DNA of 64,000 bases, taken from Octopus vulgaris. Its lineage: Eukaryota. Shown here one piece after another: positions 14,469 through 28,360 of this stretch; the stretch's first letter is position 1, and every line of letters begins with the position of its first letter. The notes under the pieces are model-generated. The model saw only the letters and a program-made list of their open reading frames with translations, was not told the origin of the DNA and did not search any database. The position numbers were made by a program, and so were the translations under genes. Location: contig OX597818.1 of NCBI GenBank assembly GCA_951406725.2, positions 33,108,001 to 33,172,000 of the forward strand, given 5' to 3'.

Positions 14469-14933
14469 CTATGGGCTGAGATTCTCTCTCTCTCTCTCTC
14501 TGTCTTAGATACTTTAATACACTATAAGTTGTTTGCTTGTAGCCTCTGAGTATTCCTTGTCAATGTTTATTTCAGGTTCTATAAACGGTATACATATACT
14601 CTTCTTCTCTCTCATACATAATTTGCTTGACAGTCTCTTGGAATATTTGAGCATGCGTTAGCAATCTAAAATAGAATAGTTTCTTTTTATACAATTTTGG
14701 AATTGGTCGGAGGTAGATAATATTAAGCTTCTCCTCGAAGCATAGTCTTTATGAATTTGAACGATTCTTAAATGTTTCGCGTCATAGCTAACGCTGTCCA
14801 CAAGATTATTGCAGCCTGTGCTTTGTGCTTAGATTTCCAAATGCATATTGAATGTAGTGCGTTGTTTTCCAAGCCGTGATGAAGCAATAAGCATTTGCGC
14901 TAATGGAGTCATTTGTGAAATTGGGCGCTAAAG

Positions 14934-15117
14934 CAGTGTCCTACAACCTTTTTTCATTTGCGGTACACTTATATTCTTTTCAAAGTTTGGTCGTGTACCT
15001 GAACTAAAGATATAACTAAAAGTATGGGGGAAATATTATAATCAGGTTACACTGCAACACACTTAGCATTGTCAGGTGGCCACCAGTGTGCTATATCATA
15101 CCGGTTGCGAAGCACTG
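14934..15117. mobile_element. hAT-type MITE (184 bp)
   Basis: Imperfect TIRs CAGTGTCCTACAACC / GGTTGCGAAGCACTG; 8-bp flanks CGCTAAAG (14926-33) and CGCTGTAG (15118-25) match 6/8. Confidence 0.6.
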
Positions 15118-15147
15118 CGCTGTAGACTCCACATAGGTTCTTAATAT

Positions 15148-15457
15148 TATTTTTCTTGCCGTTCTCAAGCCTAGGCAGGCTGATGGGCCCGGTTTCCCGG
15201 TTTCTGTGGCATATGTGTTCCCCCCAGCTGGACGGGACGCCAATCAATCGCAGGGTTACTCAAGAAACAGGAAGTGAGAGTGAGAGAAAGTTGTTGCGAA
15301 AGAGTACAACAGGGGTCGCCACATCCCCTGTCGGAGCTTCGTGGAGCTTTTAGATGTTTTCGCTCAATAAACACACACAACGCCCACATTGGGAATCGAA
15401 ACCACGATCCTCCGTCTGCATGTCCGCTGCCCTAACTACTGGGCCATTGCATCTCCA
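15148..15457 (-). mobile_element. SINE family C, alternative 3' module
   Basis: Same head and middle as the 25990 copy; 3' part differs. Confidence 0.8.
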
Positions 15458-16227
15458 CTTTTAATATATTAGTAGAGGAAATATCATTTGAATATATATC
15501 TATTTTTCTAAATTGCTATATTGCTGTATGTATAAAATATTTGAAGACGTGCCTTCAAATTTTTTATACTAATTCGTTGTTGAAATTTTAGAAAGAACGA
15601 AATGGATCTAGATTTGCACTCCGAATTTGCAGATAAATATTGATAATAATTGCATCTGTTTACTAAGATTTGTTTTGTTCTTATCTACATCATTAGAAGA
15701 CCTCATATATTCGAAACTATCTTAATTAGATTTCTTTGTGTGTATAAGATATTATGCTGTCCGATCGAAGGAAGTTCTTCACCGATTTGGTCAAAGAGGG
15801 CTGTCTTCAGATTTCAAATCAATATCAGTGACTTATTGTTTGAAAGTTCTACCGCTCTGTTAAGCAATCGGTTCTCACGCGGGAATAATGTTGCGAATTT
15901 GTAGTTGAGATGAGTATTCGGAAAAATCGGAGCCAACACGCAACATTTATTTTATAGACTCCAGATGGATGGAAAATAATTTTGGATTAATATACTGGAG
16001 AAATAAATGGAATTTTGAACATTTAGTCCGACATTTCATATATATTTGCAACATTTATGCTCTAATTACTAATTTTCATTATAACCACTAGTGTTCAGTA
16101 ATTTAGCGAAGGGTTTCTCTCGTTTAATAACTCTCTAGTTCTTAAATTCCTCGACACTAGATGTTTGGAAGCACTGTTGCTTTCGGACGGATTTCATAGA
16201 CAGAAATTATGTTGAAACCATGCATAA

Positions 16228-16662
<435 letters not shown>

Positions 16663-17073
16663 TGTTGGTGTGTGTGGATATATGTTCGTTTGTGTGTGTG
16701 TTTGTTTTGTGCGTGTGCTCCGCACTGCTTGACAAGTAGTGTTGGTTTGTTTACATTCTCGCTACCAAGCGGCTCGCATAAGAGACACATTGAATAAACA
16801 GCAATCTCAAAAATATTAAAAAAAAGAAAAGTGCAGGGCTTGATCTGTTGGACTAAATCCTTGAAGGTGGTGTTCCACCATAGCCACATTGCTATAACTG
16901 AAATAAGCAAAAGGTAACAGAGATAATTGGAAACAATAAGTAATAAGAAACATAAGTGTGTGTTAACGATTAATGATTTCAAAATTTTAATAGATACACA
17001 TCGTGTAGTCTAGAATCTGATCTTTAAGTAGAAGTACTACATGCCAGCATTATTATTAATTAGGCAACAATTG

Positions 17074-17352
17074 GGAGGCATATGGCCTAGTGGTAAGAGC
17101 AGCGGACTCGTAGTCGCGGGATCGTAGATTCTAATCTCAGACCGGGCGATGCATGTGTTTATGAGCGAAACTCCTAAGCTCTACGCGGCTCCGGCAGAAG
17201 GTAAGGCCGAACTTCTTCTGACCCCTTCCACGGCAACTTTCTCTCACTTTTTCCTCCTGCATCTAGCATATCGCCAGTGACGGACCGGCGTCTGGTATAC
17301 GCCAATGAACCCGCGAAACCGGCCCTTATGAGCAAAGCACACAACAACAATG
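17074..17352 (+). mobile_element. SINE family C variant ending in (ACA)n
   Basis: Same head; tail ..AACCCGCGAAACCGGCCCTTATGAGC..ACAACAACAA. Confidence 0.8.
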
Positions 17353-17624
17353 TAATAATTGAAACAATTCAAGCCATTACAATTGGGAGTTATATATATA
17401 TATATGTGTGTGTACATATTTTTATAAGCTTAAAGCTTATAAGTGATCAGCGTGCAATGACTAAAGAAAATAGTCTAATAATGGGGCATATAAACCCACG
17501 ATAGAAAAAAGCAGGTTTTCCTTGTGGTGATCGCTTATAAGCTCTAAGCTTATAAAAACACTATTATTATTTAGTTACAGAATTGTAAAAACTGAAGCTC
17601 TTTAACAAAAAACATCGCGTATAT

Positions 17625-17675
<51 letters not shown>

Positions 17676-17844
17676 CATACATATATACATACATAGAAGT
17701 TAACGCAAGAAAAGAATAAATTTTAAAAAAACTATAAAGAAGAATGAAATGCAACTAATGAGCAGTTAAATGCTTGTATTATTAAATACTTTTGGAGCCT
17801 CATTAAATTGGAACATTTTAATAGGTATTATATCTAGCGCTTCA

Positions 17845-18060
17845 GACGGTGAGCTGGCAGAATACTTAGCCCGTCGGGTGAAATGCTTAGCCGTATTTCA
17901 TCTACCGTTACCTTCTGAGTTCAAATTCCGCCAAGGTGGACTTTGCCTTTCATCTTTTCGGGGTCGATAAATTAGGTACCAGTTGAGTACTGGCGAGATG
18001 TAATAGACTATCCGGCTTTCTTACATCTTCAGATCATGTGCCTATAGCAGAAAGGATTAT
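17845..18060 (+). mobile_element. SINE family A (diverged)
   Basis: GAGCTGGCAGAA..GAGTTCAAATTCCGCC..TTGCCTTTCATC. Confidence 0.8.
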
Positions 18061-19239
18061 ATCTAGCGTTTCCAGAAAAATAAGCGTCAAATTCAGATGG
18101 GAGGGATTGGAATAAAGAACATCATATCTACATACCATAATGCATTTTTCCCGACGCGTTGCCAATTCTGTTCTGCTAAATAAGATATCAAATACTGAGC
18201 GACACAAGGTTAAAGCGAAACAGAAATAAATCAAATAGGGAAACTAATGAATGGAATATGCAGTCCAGACAGAACTGATAAAGTGATCGAATGACGCAAG
18301 GAGTAAACACGTCAAATGTTACCAAATGACCTGGTAACATATTAAGATATGGCTGGCAAATTTATTAAGGATTTACAGCACTTAATTTGATAATTACTAG
18401 ATATCTTATAAACCTCAGGTCTAGCATTTCGAAAATAGAAATACAACACACAGAGAAAGACAACCACACACACACACACATATACACATGCATACGTGGT
18501 TGTACTGTGTATGCGCATGTGTATTCGTGTATATGTGTGTGTGTGTGAGTATGTGGGTGGTTGTGTTTACTTTACGTTGCGTGTGCATGAATCTAATTAA
18601 TTTTAAAGATGAATTCAATTAAGATTTCATGCGGATCATACATATGCAGCATATATTGCATACACTTATACACACACATACACACACACACACGTGCACG
18701 CACACACACACACTAAAACAAGCACATGCACACATATATGGACATGTATCCATACATACATACAAATACACAAATGCACACTCGCACACAATTATATACA
18801 TACGTGTGTATAAACACACACTAACTTACATGCACGTATATATATACATATGTATATATATAATATATATGTATATATATATATAGATATATATATAGAT
18901 ATATATATATATATATATATATAAACGTGTGTGTAGAGAGAAACTATTTAGCGCATGTATTGATTTCATTCCATATGTATATGTGTGTGTGTGTATTTAT
19001 ATAAATATATATATGTATACGGGTATATGTGTGTGTATGTAAGTGCGTGTGTGTATGTATGTATGTATGTATGTATGTATGTATGTATATACCTTCATCT
19101 ATTTTTCACGTGTCGATTCCTTTCAGACATTTTAAATATTATAATCGCTCTGAAATTAAAATTTTCTATTTCGTTGTGAACATTGCTAAACATAGCACTA
19201 AGAAAATTTCTTCTTATACCTACAAATTAGTTACTACTG

Positions 19240-19285
<46 letters not shown>

Positions 19286-19554
19286 CACTTTACCACTACT
19301 ACTACTAACACTTTACTACAAATATGTATGCTTGTGTGCCATGTTAGTGTGTTCATGTGTGTTCATGTGTGTATATGTCTGTATCTGTGTGTGTGTGTGC
19401 GTGTGTGTGTCCATATGTATCTTCAGATCGATCTCTTGAGATCTTCAACGTTTATATTTATTATAAATACATGTGTGTGTGTTTATGTGTGCACCTATAT
19501 GCATATATGCATACGTTCATATTCACATACATATCAATCTACCTATCAGGTCTG

Positions 19555-19611
<57 letters not shown>

Positions 19612-19612
19612 G

Positions 19613-19648
<36 letters not shown>

Positions 19649-19663
19649 CCTACTATTTCTCTT

Positions 19664-19770
<107 letters not shown>

Positions 19771-19807
19771 ATATATATATATATATATAACATGTGCGCA
19801 TGTATCT

Positions 19808-20500
19808 CTTTTATTTAGAACTCAGGCTGTAACGCAGAGGGGACATCACAAGGACAGACATAACACAGCAGTGGGGACAGAAAAAAAAACAACTTAAAAC
19901 GAATGAAAAATGGAAAAATGTTCAATGAAATCGATGGCGATGAAATGCCTGCATACGCCCCACTCATAGCAGCATCATTTGAACGTTCTTACTTTCAGTT
20001 TGTAATCTCTTTTCATTTTCCTTATTTTTTCACTATTAGCATAATTTTGTTTACCCTTTTTTCCTTCTTTTTTTAAAAAAATCATTATACTCTCTTTTTT
20101 TTTTTAATATCTGATGTAAGGATATAGTTCACTTAGTTCTACGACTGGCGGCAGTTCATCGAACTCCAACACGAAACCCGGCTGCTCAATTTGACACATT
20201 TCCTTCAACTTTATATATTTTTCTTCATCGATCAGGATAGCTTTGACGTTTTCAACGTACATGTCCTTGGGCAACTTAACCCTTATAACGAATTTAAGCT
20301 TGGTTTTCACTCTTTCGGTATATATGCTTTTAGCATATGTCACGAAATTCCAGCTATTTCTTTTTTCTTTTTGTCATCTTACTTATTTGTCATGTTCCAC
20401 TCTTGGCGCCACATCCTCAATTCTAGTTAGTATCGCTGTTTCTTCTCTTTGCTGTCCTAAAAGAACCTCTAGTATGCTTGCTACTATCTCTTCCTCTGTG
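19808..20500 (-). mobile_element. Probable retroelement debris (unassigned)
   Basis: Coding-like, interrupted minus-strand stretch ('KLKFVIRVKLPKDMYVENVKAIL..') bounded by T-runs and microsatellites; no diagnostic motif. Confidence 0.3.
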
Positions 20501-20506
20501 TAAGTG

Positions 20507-20607
<101 letters not shown>

Positions 20608-21056
20608 TTATAGGTTCTTCTCAGACGTCATATTTTTGTAGGACTTAGGTCAGCGCCGTAAATAAGTTCCGTTTTAAGCTTCCCTTCTGTTTGCGAATAA
20701 CTTCCCTTCCTTTTGCACACTACATCTGTGAATCTGCAATAATTACATACAAAGTTATGTTACCTAATCTTCTCTTCCATCAGAAGTGTGCACCTATTAT
20801 TTCATTATTTTTTACTTATATATACAGAAAAGAATTGTAATTACAGTTTCTATAGAATGTATGTTATGCTCTCTTTGAATATAAGATTTCCCAGCAATAC
20901 CGCCAGATCACCGAAAATGAAACAAGCGAATTATTGGCAAAATAAAACAATACAAAAAAAAAATGTTCTCTTCCAAAATATTATACAGTTTAATAGTCTT
21001 ATATTTATCACGGTCAGTCATTGAGCAAATACACTTTTGCGTGTGTTGTGTATGCT

Positions 21057-21091
<35 letters not shown>

Positions 21092-21964
21092 CTGTGTGTG
21101 CGCGTCTGTGTATGTGTTCTTGTATGTGTACTTGTGTATGTATGTTTGTGTGAGTGTGTGAGTGCGTGTTTTATATGTGTACTTGTGTGTGTGTGTGTCA
21201 GTGTTTGTGCATGTGTGTATGCACTTGTGTGTGCGCATCTGTGTGTGCCTATGTGTTTGCGTGTATGTTCTTGTATGTGTGCTTGTGTGTATGTGTGCGT
21301 ATTTGTGTAATGTGTGCTTGTGTGTGTATTAGTCTGTGTATACATTTTCTAAATGTATTGAAAAATACATAATATTTACGTAGCAGCTAATAAAGCTATT
21401 TTCTGTAGGTGTAAATCCAGAAGAGATTTCGTGATATATTTGTCTGCATTTATTAATCATTCCCAAACCACTTAAGCACTTATTATTATTGAGACTGTTG
21501 CAGTTTTCATTCCTTGAATCCTGGTCAATACTATTTCGAGATTGTTAGATTATTGTTATTATTAGTACTGTATATATTATTCATAGGTTAATAAATACAT
21601 CGAAATGTTTTCTTTAGAAACGTCTATAAATCTATAAATTGTTGCATGCACCGTGTACATCGTGATTTGTACGACTATTTGCTTATTTATCCGTATTATC
21701 TCGAGGCGGGTTCAGATGCCGTAATGTAAGCTAAAGGTGAAAAATTCTCTCTTTTATGACGATAGCGTGTTCAACACACTCGACTGATTGGCGCATGTGT
21801 TCAAAAATCCTCTGTGCTAATGAGTTGTGTGTCACAAAAGAGAGATATTTTTCTCCTTCGACGTACACTCCAACGACGCATTGAGAATAAATATACAAAT
21901 ATCTGTGGTCTATGAAACTGACGTGAGATTAAATATTATATGACAATACCTTAAGTTTTGAGAT

Positions 21965-22515
21965 TCTGAGGTTGGTGTGACACGGGTGGAGAGGATGAGG
22001 AAGGAGGAGGTGCGGAGGTGAGCAGGAATGAGCGAAAAACTAACAACCAAAATGGGAAGATGAATGTTGAGGTGGTTTGGTCTCTTGGAGAGGATGGATG
22101 AGGAGCGGATGGTAAGGAGGGTGATGAAGGCAGAAGTGGTAAGCAGCAGAACCAGAAGCAGACATCGGTTTGTGTAGATGGATGGAGTGAGGAAAGCTTT
22201 GGTGGTTAGAGGTGTTGGAGTGAGAGAGGCAAGAGAGCTTATGAATGATAGGAAGGCTTGGAGAGGGTTTGTGGACGGATGAGTGAATTTGATGTTGCGC
22301 AAATGGGGGTACAGAACCAGAATAATGTGACGGAGGTAAACCAGTATATGCTGTCGTGTTCCGCTATTGATATTGGGGGTTCCGTTCTATGCTTTGACCC
22401 GAGCATAGGACAGGGCTCGCCTGTTTGAGCTGGGAAATGAATGGAATGTCTGGTATGTGTCTTATTGTGGCTACCCCCACCTAAAAATGGGGAACAGGCC
22501 TGGGTATACATGACA
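21965..22515 (+). mobile_element. RTE-clade LINE 3' fragment
   Basis: Manual translation with stops: GVTRVERMRKEEVRR*...MLRWFGLLERMDEERMVRRVMKAEV..RTRSR..*MDGVRKAL..DRKAWRGFV, a typical RTE ORF2 C-terminus, followed by a probable 3' UTR. Confidence 0.8.
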
Positions 22516-22710
22516 AAACTTTAAGTTTTAGAGATCGTGGCATTGAGACTTTCTGGAGTGAATGCTTGTAGGTATTTTCAGATATCTCTAAAGATGTGAT
22601 TGTAATCAATCTAGTTGTAAAATATCGAAACGAAAACAAAGTCAATACTTTTATTCATTAGCCTGTTCGGTAAAATTCCTTTACATTTCAGTCTCCATCT
22701 GCACAATATT

Positions 22711-23493
22711 CTTTTCTACTGTCGGCACAAGGCCCAAAATTTTGGGGAATGGGCCAGTGGATTAGATCGACCCGGTACGCAACTGGTACTTAATTTATCG
22801 ACCCGAAAGGATGAAAGGAAAGTCGACCACGGCGAAATACCGCTACGCATTTCACCCAGCGTGCTAATTTTCTTTTCTACTCTCGGCACAAGGCCCCGAA
22901 AATTTTTCTTGGTGGGTGGGGCAGTCAATAAGATCAAACCCAGTACGCAACTGGTACTTAATTTATCGACCCCAAAAGAATGAAAGGCAAAGTTAGCCTC
23001 GGTGGAATTTGAACTCAGAGCATAAGACAGATGAAATACCTATTTCTTTACTACCCACAAGGGGCTAAACACGGAGAGAACAAACAAGGACAGACAAACG
23101 GATTAAGTCGATTATATCTACCCCCAGTGCGTAACTGGTACTTATTTAATCGATCCCGAAAGGATGAAAGGCAAAGTCGACCTCTGCGTAATTTGAACTC
23201 ACAACGTAACGGCAGACGAAATACCGCTAACCATTTCGCCGGGCGTGCTATCGTTTCTTATTTCTTTATTGCCCACAAGGGGCTAAACATAGAGGGGACA
23301 AACAAGGACAGACAGAATGATTAAGTCGATTATATCGACCCAAGTGCGTAACTGGTACTTAATTTATCGACCCCCGAAAGGATGAAAGGCAAAGTCGACC
23401 TCGGCGGAATTTAAACTCAGAACGTAGCGGCAGACGAAAAATCGCAACGCAATTCGCCCGGCGTGCTAACGTTTCTGCCAGCTCGCCGGCTTC
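22711..23493 (-). mobile_element. Composite of four SINE-A units under one TSD
   Basis: Four bodies (CTGGTACTT..ATCGAC..AAAGGATGAAAGG-like); 16-bp TSD CCATCTGCACAATATT at 22695-710 and 23494-509. Confidence 0.85.
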
Positions 23494-24524
23494 CCATCTG
23501 CACAATATTATAATCATTCAGGATCACCATAGCAATAAATGTTACGTTGATGTAATAACTTAAAGGAAAGTCGTCAGGCGTATTCATAGTGAGTAGTATT
23601 TCCGGAACGCATTTGATTATATTTAGACCTGCGTAGGGCCTCTCTGTTGCTGATCATCAAATGTAACCGTATATATAATGAAGACTTATAATTTGTGAGT
23701 GATCTTGTCAACTCAAGTGCTTCCGTAAATATGACTAACATTAGTTTTAGCAGTTACCGAAGAACACACAAGAACAGTGCGCGCCAATGCTCCACATTGA
23801 AATAATAAATGTTATTGTCACCAGTCTCTTTGAATCCTGCTTCGTATAGTATACATACACGCATGCGTGCAGATAGGTATATAATCCAGGAAAAGAGAGA
23901 TAGAGGGAGAGAGTCAGAGAAACAGGCAGATGAAGAGAAAGAGTAAACGAAACATAAATCGAAGTGTACGTGAGTATGTGTGTATATATATATGGATGGA
24001 CATGTGGGTGTACGTGTGTGTACCTGTGTGTATATATATGAATAGATATGTGTGTGTACGTGTGTATATGCCTCTGTGAGTGTTCCTAGTGGGAGAGACG
24101 TTAAGAAGAAAAGCGATTGATGCTTTCTTACTTCATCTCTTTATCTCTCCTTTTTTCTCTGCTTTACATACTTCCTCTAAATTCTTATCTTGAAATGTCT
24201 GTCGGTCTGCTTCACTCTCTATGTTATCAATATCCTCTCCAAGTCGACTTTTATAAGAAACCTTTCTTCTTTTCTTGGGATTCTTAATCTTTCTTTACTC
24301 TCCCGACACCACCACCACCAAACGTAAATACTCTTTTTTCCTTTCTTATTCACTCTTTAACTCTTGTCACTCCATCGGAAAGACAGTTTTCCCTTCGCTT
24401 TCATATTAACCAAGAAAAATAAACACCAATTTTATCTCCAGGGAGAAAGACATGTCTCCAATAGGCTTTCTTATCAGACCCATAGCTCATTGAGAATTAA
24501 CAGGGTTAAAGAAAGATAGTAGAG

Positions 24525-24945
24525 ATGATGGTGTTGGTGGTAGTGGTGTTAGCGGTGGTAGCAGTTGTGGTGGTGGTGGTAGTGGTGGTGACGGCAGCGG
24601 TGAGCGGTGGTAGTAGTTGTGGTGATGGTGGTTGTGGTGGCGATGGTGTTGGGGGCGGTGGTAGTAGTGGTGGTGGCGGCGACGGTGAACGGTGGTAGTA
24701 GTTGTGGTGGTGGTGGTTGTGGTGGTGGTGGGGGTGGGGATGGTGGTAGTAGTGGCGGTGGTGGCGGCGGTGGTGGGAGCGAAGGCGATAGTAGTAATAA
24801 TAGTACCATCAGCAGCAGTACTACTACTAGTTGTGGTGGTGGTGGTGGTAGTAGTAGTAATACTAATAATGGTGGTGGTGATAGTTGCAGTAGTAGTAGT
24901 AGTAGTATTTGTAGTTGGGCAAGCAGCAGCAGCGGCAGCAGCAAG
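24525..24945 (+). repeat. (GGT/AGT)n low-complexity tract
   Basis: Direct reading of the sequence. Confidence 0.9.
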
Positions 24946-25584
24946 AGCAGAAGTAAAGTATAATTTTCTGATTTTGACATAAGCCAGAGCAAATTTGAGC
25001 TGGTGCGGAGATTAGTCGATACTACAGAGCACCAGTAGTTGACTGGTACTGTATTTTATCGACCATCCAAAGGATGAAAGGTAAAGTTGACCTCAGTGAC
25101 ATTTGGACTAAGAATGCTATGAACCGGATGGAATAAGCTTTAAAAAATAATGGTAATTATAGTAACGAAAAGTATCATGTCCTTAAGAAATATAAAACAT
25201 GTATAAAATTGCTAATATCTGTCTCTGTATATACTATATGCAAATAACTGTGTTGGTGCAAAAATGTAATAGAATATATTTTTTCAATTTGAAAATTTAG
25301 TAAACAGAGCAAACTTGCTTCTAAATGTGAGAGACTGCCATAGAGATAGACTCAATTAACAAAACCTTTTAACTCAAATATCTTCAACAAAATGAGTATC
25401 TTGGGATTACCTGGAAGCGTCTTGAGCCGAACCAAGAAGAGTTCCAAATCTTTCCTCTACACTGTATTATACCCATGAATATTAAGTATGCTGGGTTGAA
25501 TTTTGGTTAAGTTGTTGCTGAAAATATTTCGTAAACGGATTGCCACTAATTTTAATTTTTATAGACTCATCTGTGTTCTAAGGC

Positions 25585-25615
<31 letters not shown>

Positions 25616-25619
25616 TATT

Positions 25620-25835
25620 TTTTACTACCCAAAAGGGGCTAAACACAGAGGGGACAAACAAGGACAGACAAACGGATTAAGTCGATTACATCCACCCCAG
25701 TGGGTAACTGGTACTTATTTAATCGACACCGAAACGATGAAAGGCATAGTCGGACCTCGGCGGAATTTGAACTCAGGACGTAACGCAGACGAAATACGGC
25801 TACGCATTTCGCCCGGCGTGCTAACGTTTCTGCCA
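25620..25835 (-). mobile_element. SINE family A
   Basis: Similar to 62248-62480. Confidence 0.85.
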
Positions 25836-25912
<77 letters not shown>

Positions 25913-25989
25913 CATATACATATATATACATATACATATATGTACATATACATATATATACATATACATATACACACATATACATATGT

Positions 25990-26290
25990 GGAGGTACAAT
26001 GGCCTAGTGGTTAGGGCAGCGGACTCGCGGTCGTAGGATCGCGGTTTCGATTCCCAGACCGGGCGTTGTGTGTGTTTATTGAGCGAAAACACCTTAAGAG
26101 CTCCACGAGGCTCCGGCAGGGGGTGGTGATCCCTGCTGTACTCTTTCACCATTCTTTCTCTCGCTCTTTCTTCTGTTGGCCTGCTCGCTTAGCCAGCGGA
26201 GTGGCGTCATTCGATGGCTAAAACAATGCAAACGCATTGTGACCAGCGATGTGTAGCAACATCTGATGGTCTGGTCGGTCACCTGATCAC
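25990..26290 (+). mobile_element. tRNA-derived SINE, family C (tRNA-Arg-like head)
   Basis: TGGCCTAGTGGTTAGGGCAGCGGACTCGCGGTC..GGTTTCGATTCC: A and B boxes, with TCG at the anticodon-equivalent position. Confidence 0.85.
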
Positions 26291-26492
26291 ATATACATAT
26301 ATATAAATACATATATATATAGATATATATATATATATGCATGAAAAATAAGCAACAAGGATACCCAGAGGATATCCTTGTTGCATATTTTTTATTATAA
26401 TCACCTTATTTTAAATTATATGGATAATATCATACTAAATTCTGGTGCCTTCAAATTAAGTGCCATATTCATCTGAATCTAAATTTTACTGA

Positions 26493-26534
<42 letters not shown>

Positions 26535-27907
26535 CTTGAGAAATATATATATTTCTGCACCTGAAAACCTATCGCTTACCACCTTCATAATATAATTTTG
26601 TGTGGTTTGTGTGTTCTAAGCTGTTTTTGAAACTAAGAAATAAAGAAGTAACTAGCTTTGTGCGAGTTCCATCCTAATTATGAATATTTGCATACAGTTA
26701 TTTTATTTTATTACACATAAATAAATGATAGGAAACTTATATTCTGAATTAATATTATTTCGTGGTAGTAAAGATGTATTCGAAATATAAATATGTTCTT
26801 TGTAGTTAAAATCATTCATTATTTTTATCTTTAGACTTAGCATCTAAGCGTATCTCCACTCATGCATATATACATATATTAAGCGCAGAATATTGTCGAT
26901 ATATACACATAAACATGAGTATAAGTATATACATTTATTTTTATGCATCTGAGAGTATATCGTTATAGCTTTCAACTCATATATATTAATGTGTCGTTTT
27001 ATAGTCCCTATGTGAACACATGTGAATATAAAACCATGTAAATGCGTGTGACTAAATGTACGCATGCATGGATGTATATGAAATCCTGTTGTATGCTTTA
27101 TAGCTGTGTCAGCTATAAATATGTCCACACCAATGATATTATTTCCGCACTGTTAAGTTCTTTCTTTAGTTCACATTTTTGTGTCCAGTGGATTATATAG
27201 TCGTCGTCTACATTTCTATTAAACTCCACACGCTCTTTGCTTTCTGTTTGATTTTTTATTGTGAAATAATCTGTGCTGGTCATTACTTATCTCTATAGTC
27301 ACTACACACAGAAAGTGATTAGATTCATAAATACACATTTATTAATCTATAATTGATTCAATTAGGCCCACATTTCATGTTTCGCTTCTCAATTTAGATT
27401 AAAGCAAAACATATTTCTTTGTTATCAACCTGTACCGAGTTCGCTTGGTTAAACCTATACCATATGGGGATAAATTATAGTTCATTATGCGTGATCTACG
27501 TTGGAACCCAACTGATTTACAATGCTATCAACAGCGAGATATAGAGATCGTTCCAATCAACATGGTCTGAGATTTGGTCGGTTATTTATCATTTACAATC
27601 AATATGGTAGTAATATTTAATTCTTTATATTTGACCTTTGCTGACACCAGTCATTTATAATAATCGATTGTAATGGCGTATAATTACATGACATCGAATC
27701 ATGTTGATACTGGTTGTTAAAAATAATTATAATATTCAATTGGATATTTGATAGCCCTTGTCTATTCACGAGTGTTGATTTAGCGGCGATAATAACAAGC
27801 CATAATAATAGGTTATCAAGGATGATTACAAATATAATAAAACAATTGCTATCAAGTTCAGAATCGTATATTTCGGTTTACTCTTCCGGTTTAACAGACC
27901 TTGATGT

Positions 27908-27963
<56 letters not shown>

Positions 27964-28067
27964 TAATCTACACTCTTCTTTCTGTTGTGCTGTGATTGCA
28001 ATTAAGGTGTGTCAGTTAGTGAATTTTTTGTGTAGCAGAGTACAAAAAAAATAACAACAGATATAAC

Positions 28068-28360
28068 ACTGCCATCGGGATACAGGACTGAAATAGCTTG
28101 GGCTTTACGGGTCCACAGCTCTTCAATATCCTCCCACATGGGGTGGTGGATTTAGACGTCTTCAAAAAAGTACTGGACCTTCTCCTGTCAAGAGTTCCGG
28201 ATGAACCTACTTCGCGGCAAGAAACGCAGATGAGGGCAGCAACATCAAACTCATTCGTTCACCAAATGTCACATATCAGAGAGAGTTTAGTGAAAGTGTA
28301 GCAGAATGGCGTTGCCCCAGCGTGGCCGCAACTCTCGGTCTGAGACTAGAAAAGAAGAAA
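28068..28360 (+). mobile_element. Short 3' fragment of a related CR1/L2-group LINE
   Basis: 'GFTGPQLFNILP..FKKVLDLLLSRVPDEPTSRQE..MRAATSNS' followed by tail GGCGTTGCCCCAGCGTGGCCGCAACTC. Confidence 0.8.

Noticed and set aside
25990-26062. tRNA-Arg-like sequence
   Set aside because: It is the head of SINE family C: it continues into the SINE body, has no proper acceptor stem and occurs in several diverged copies.
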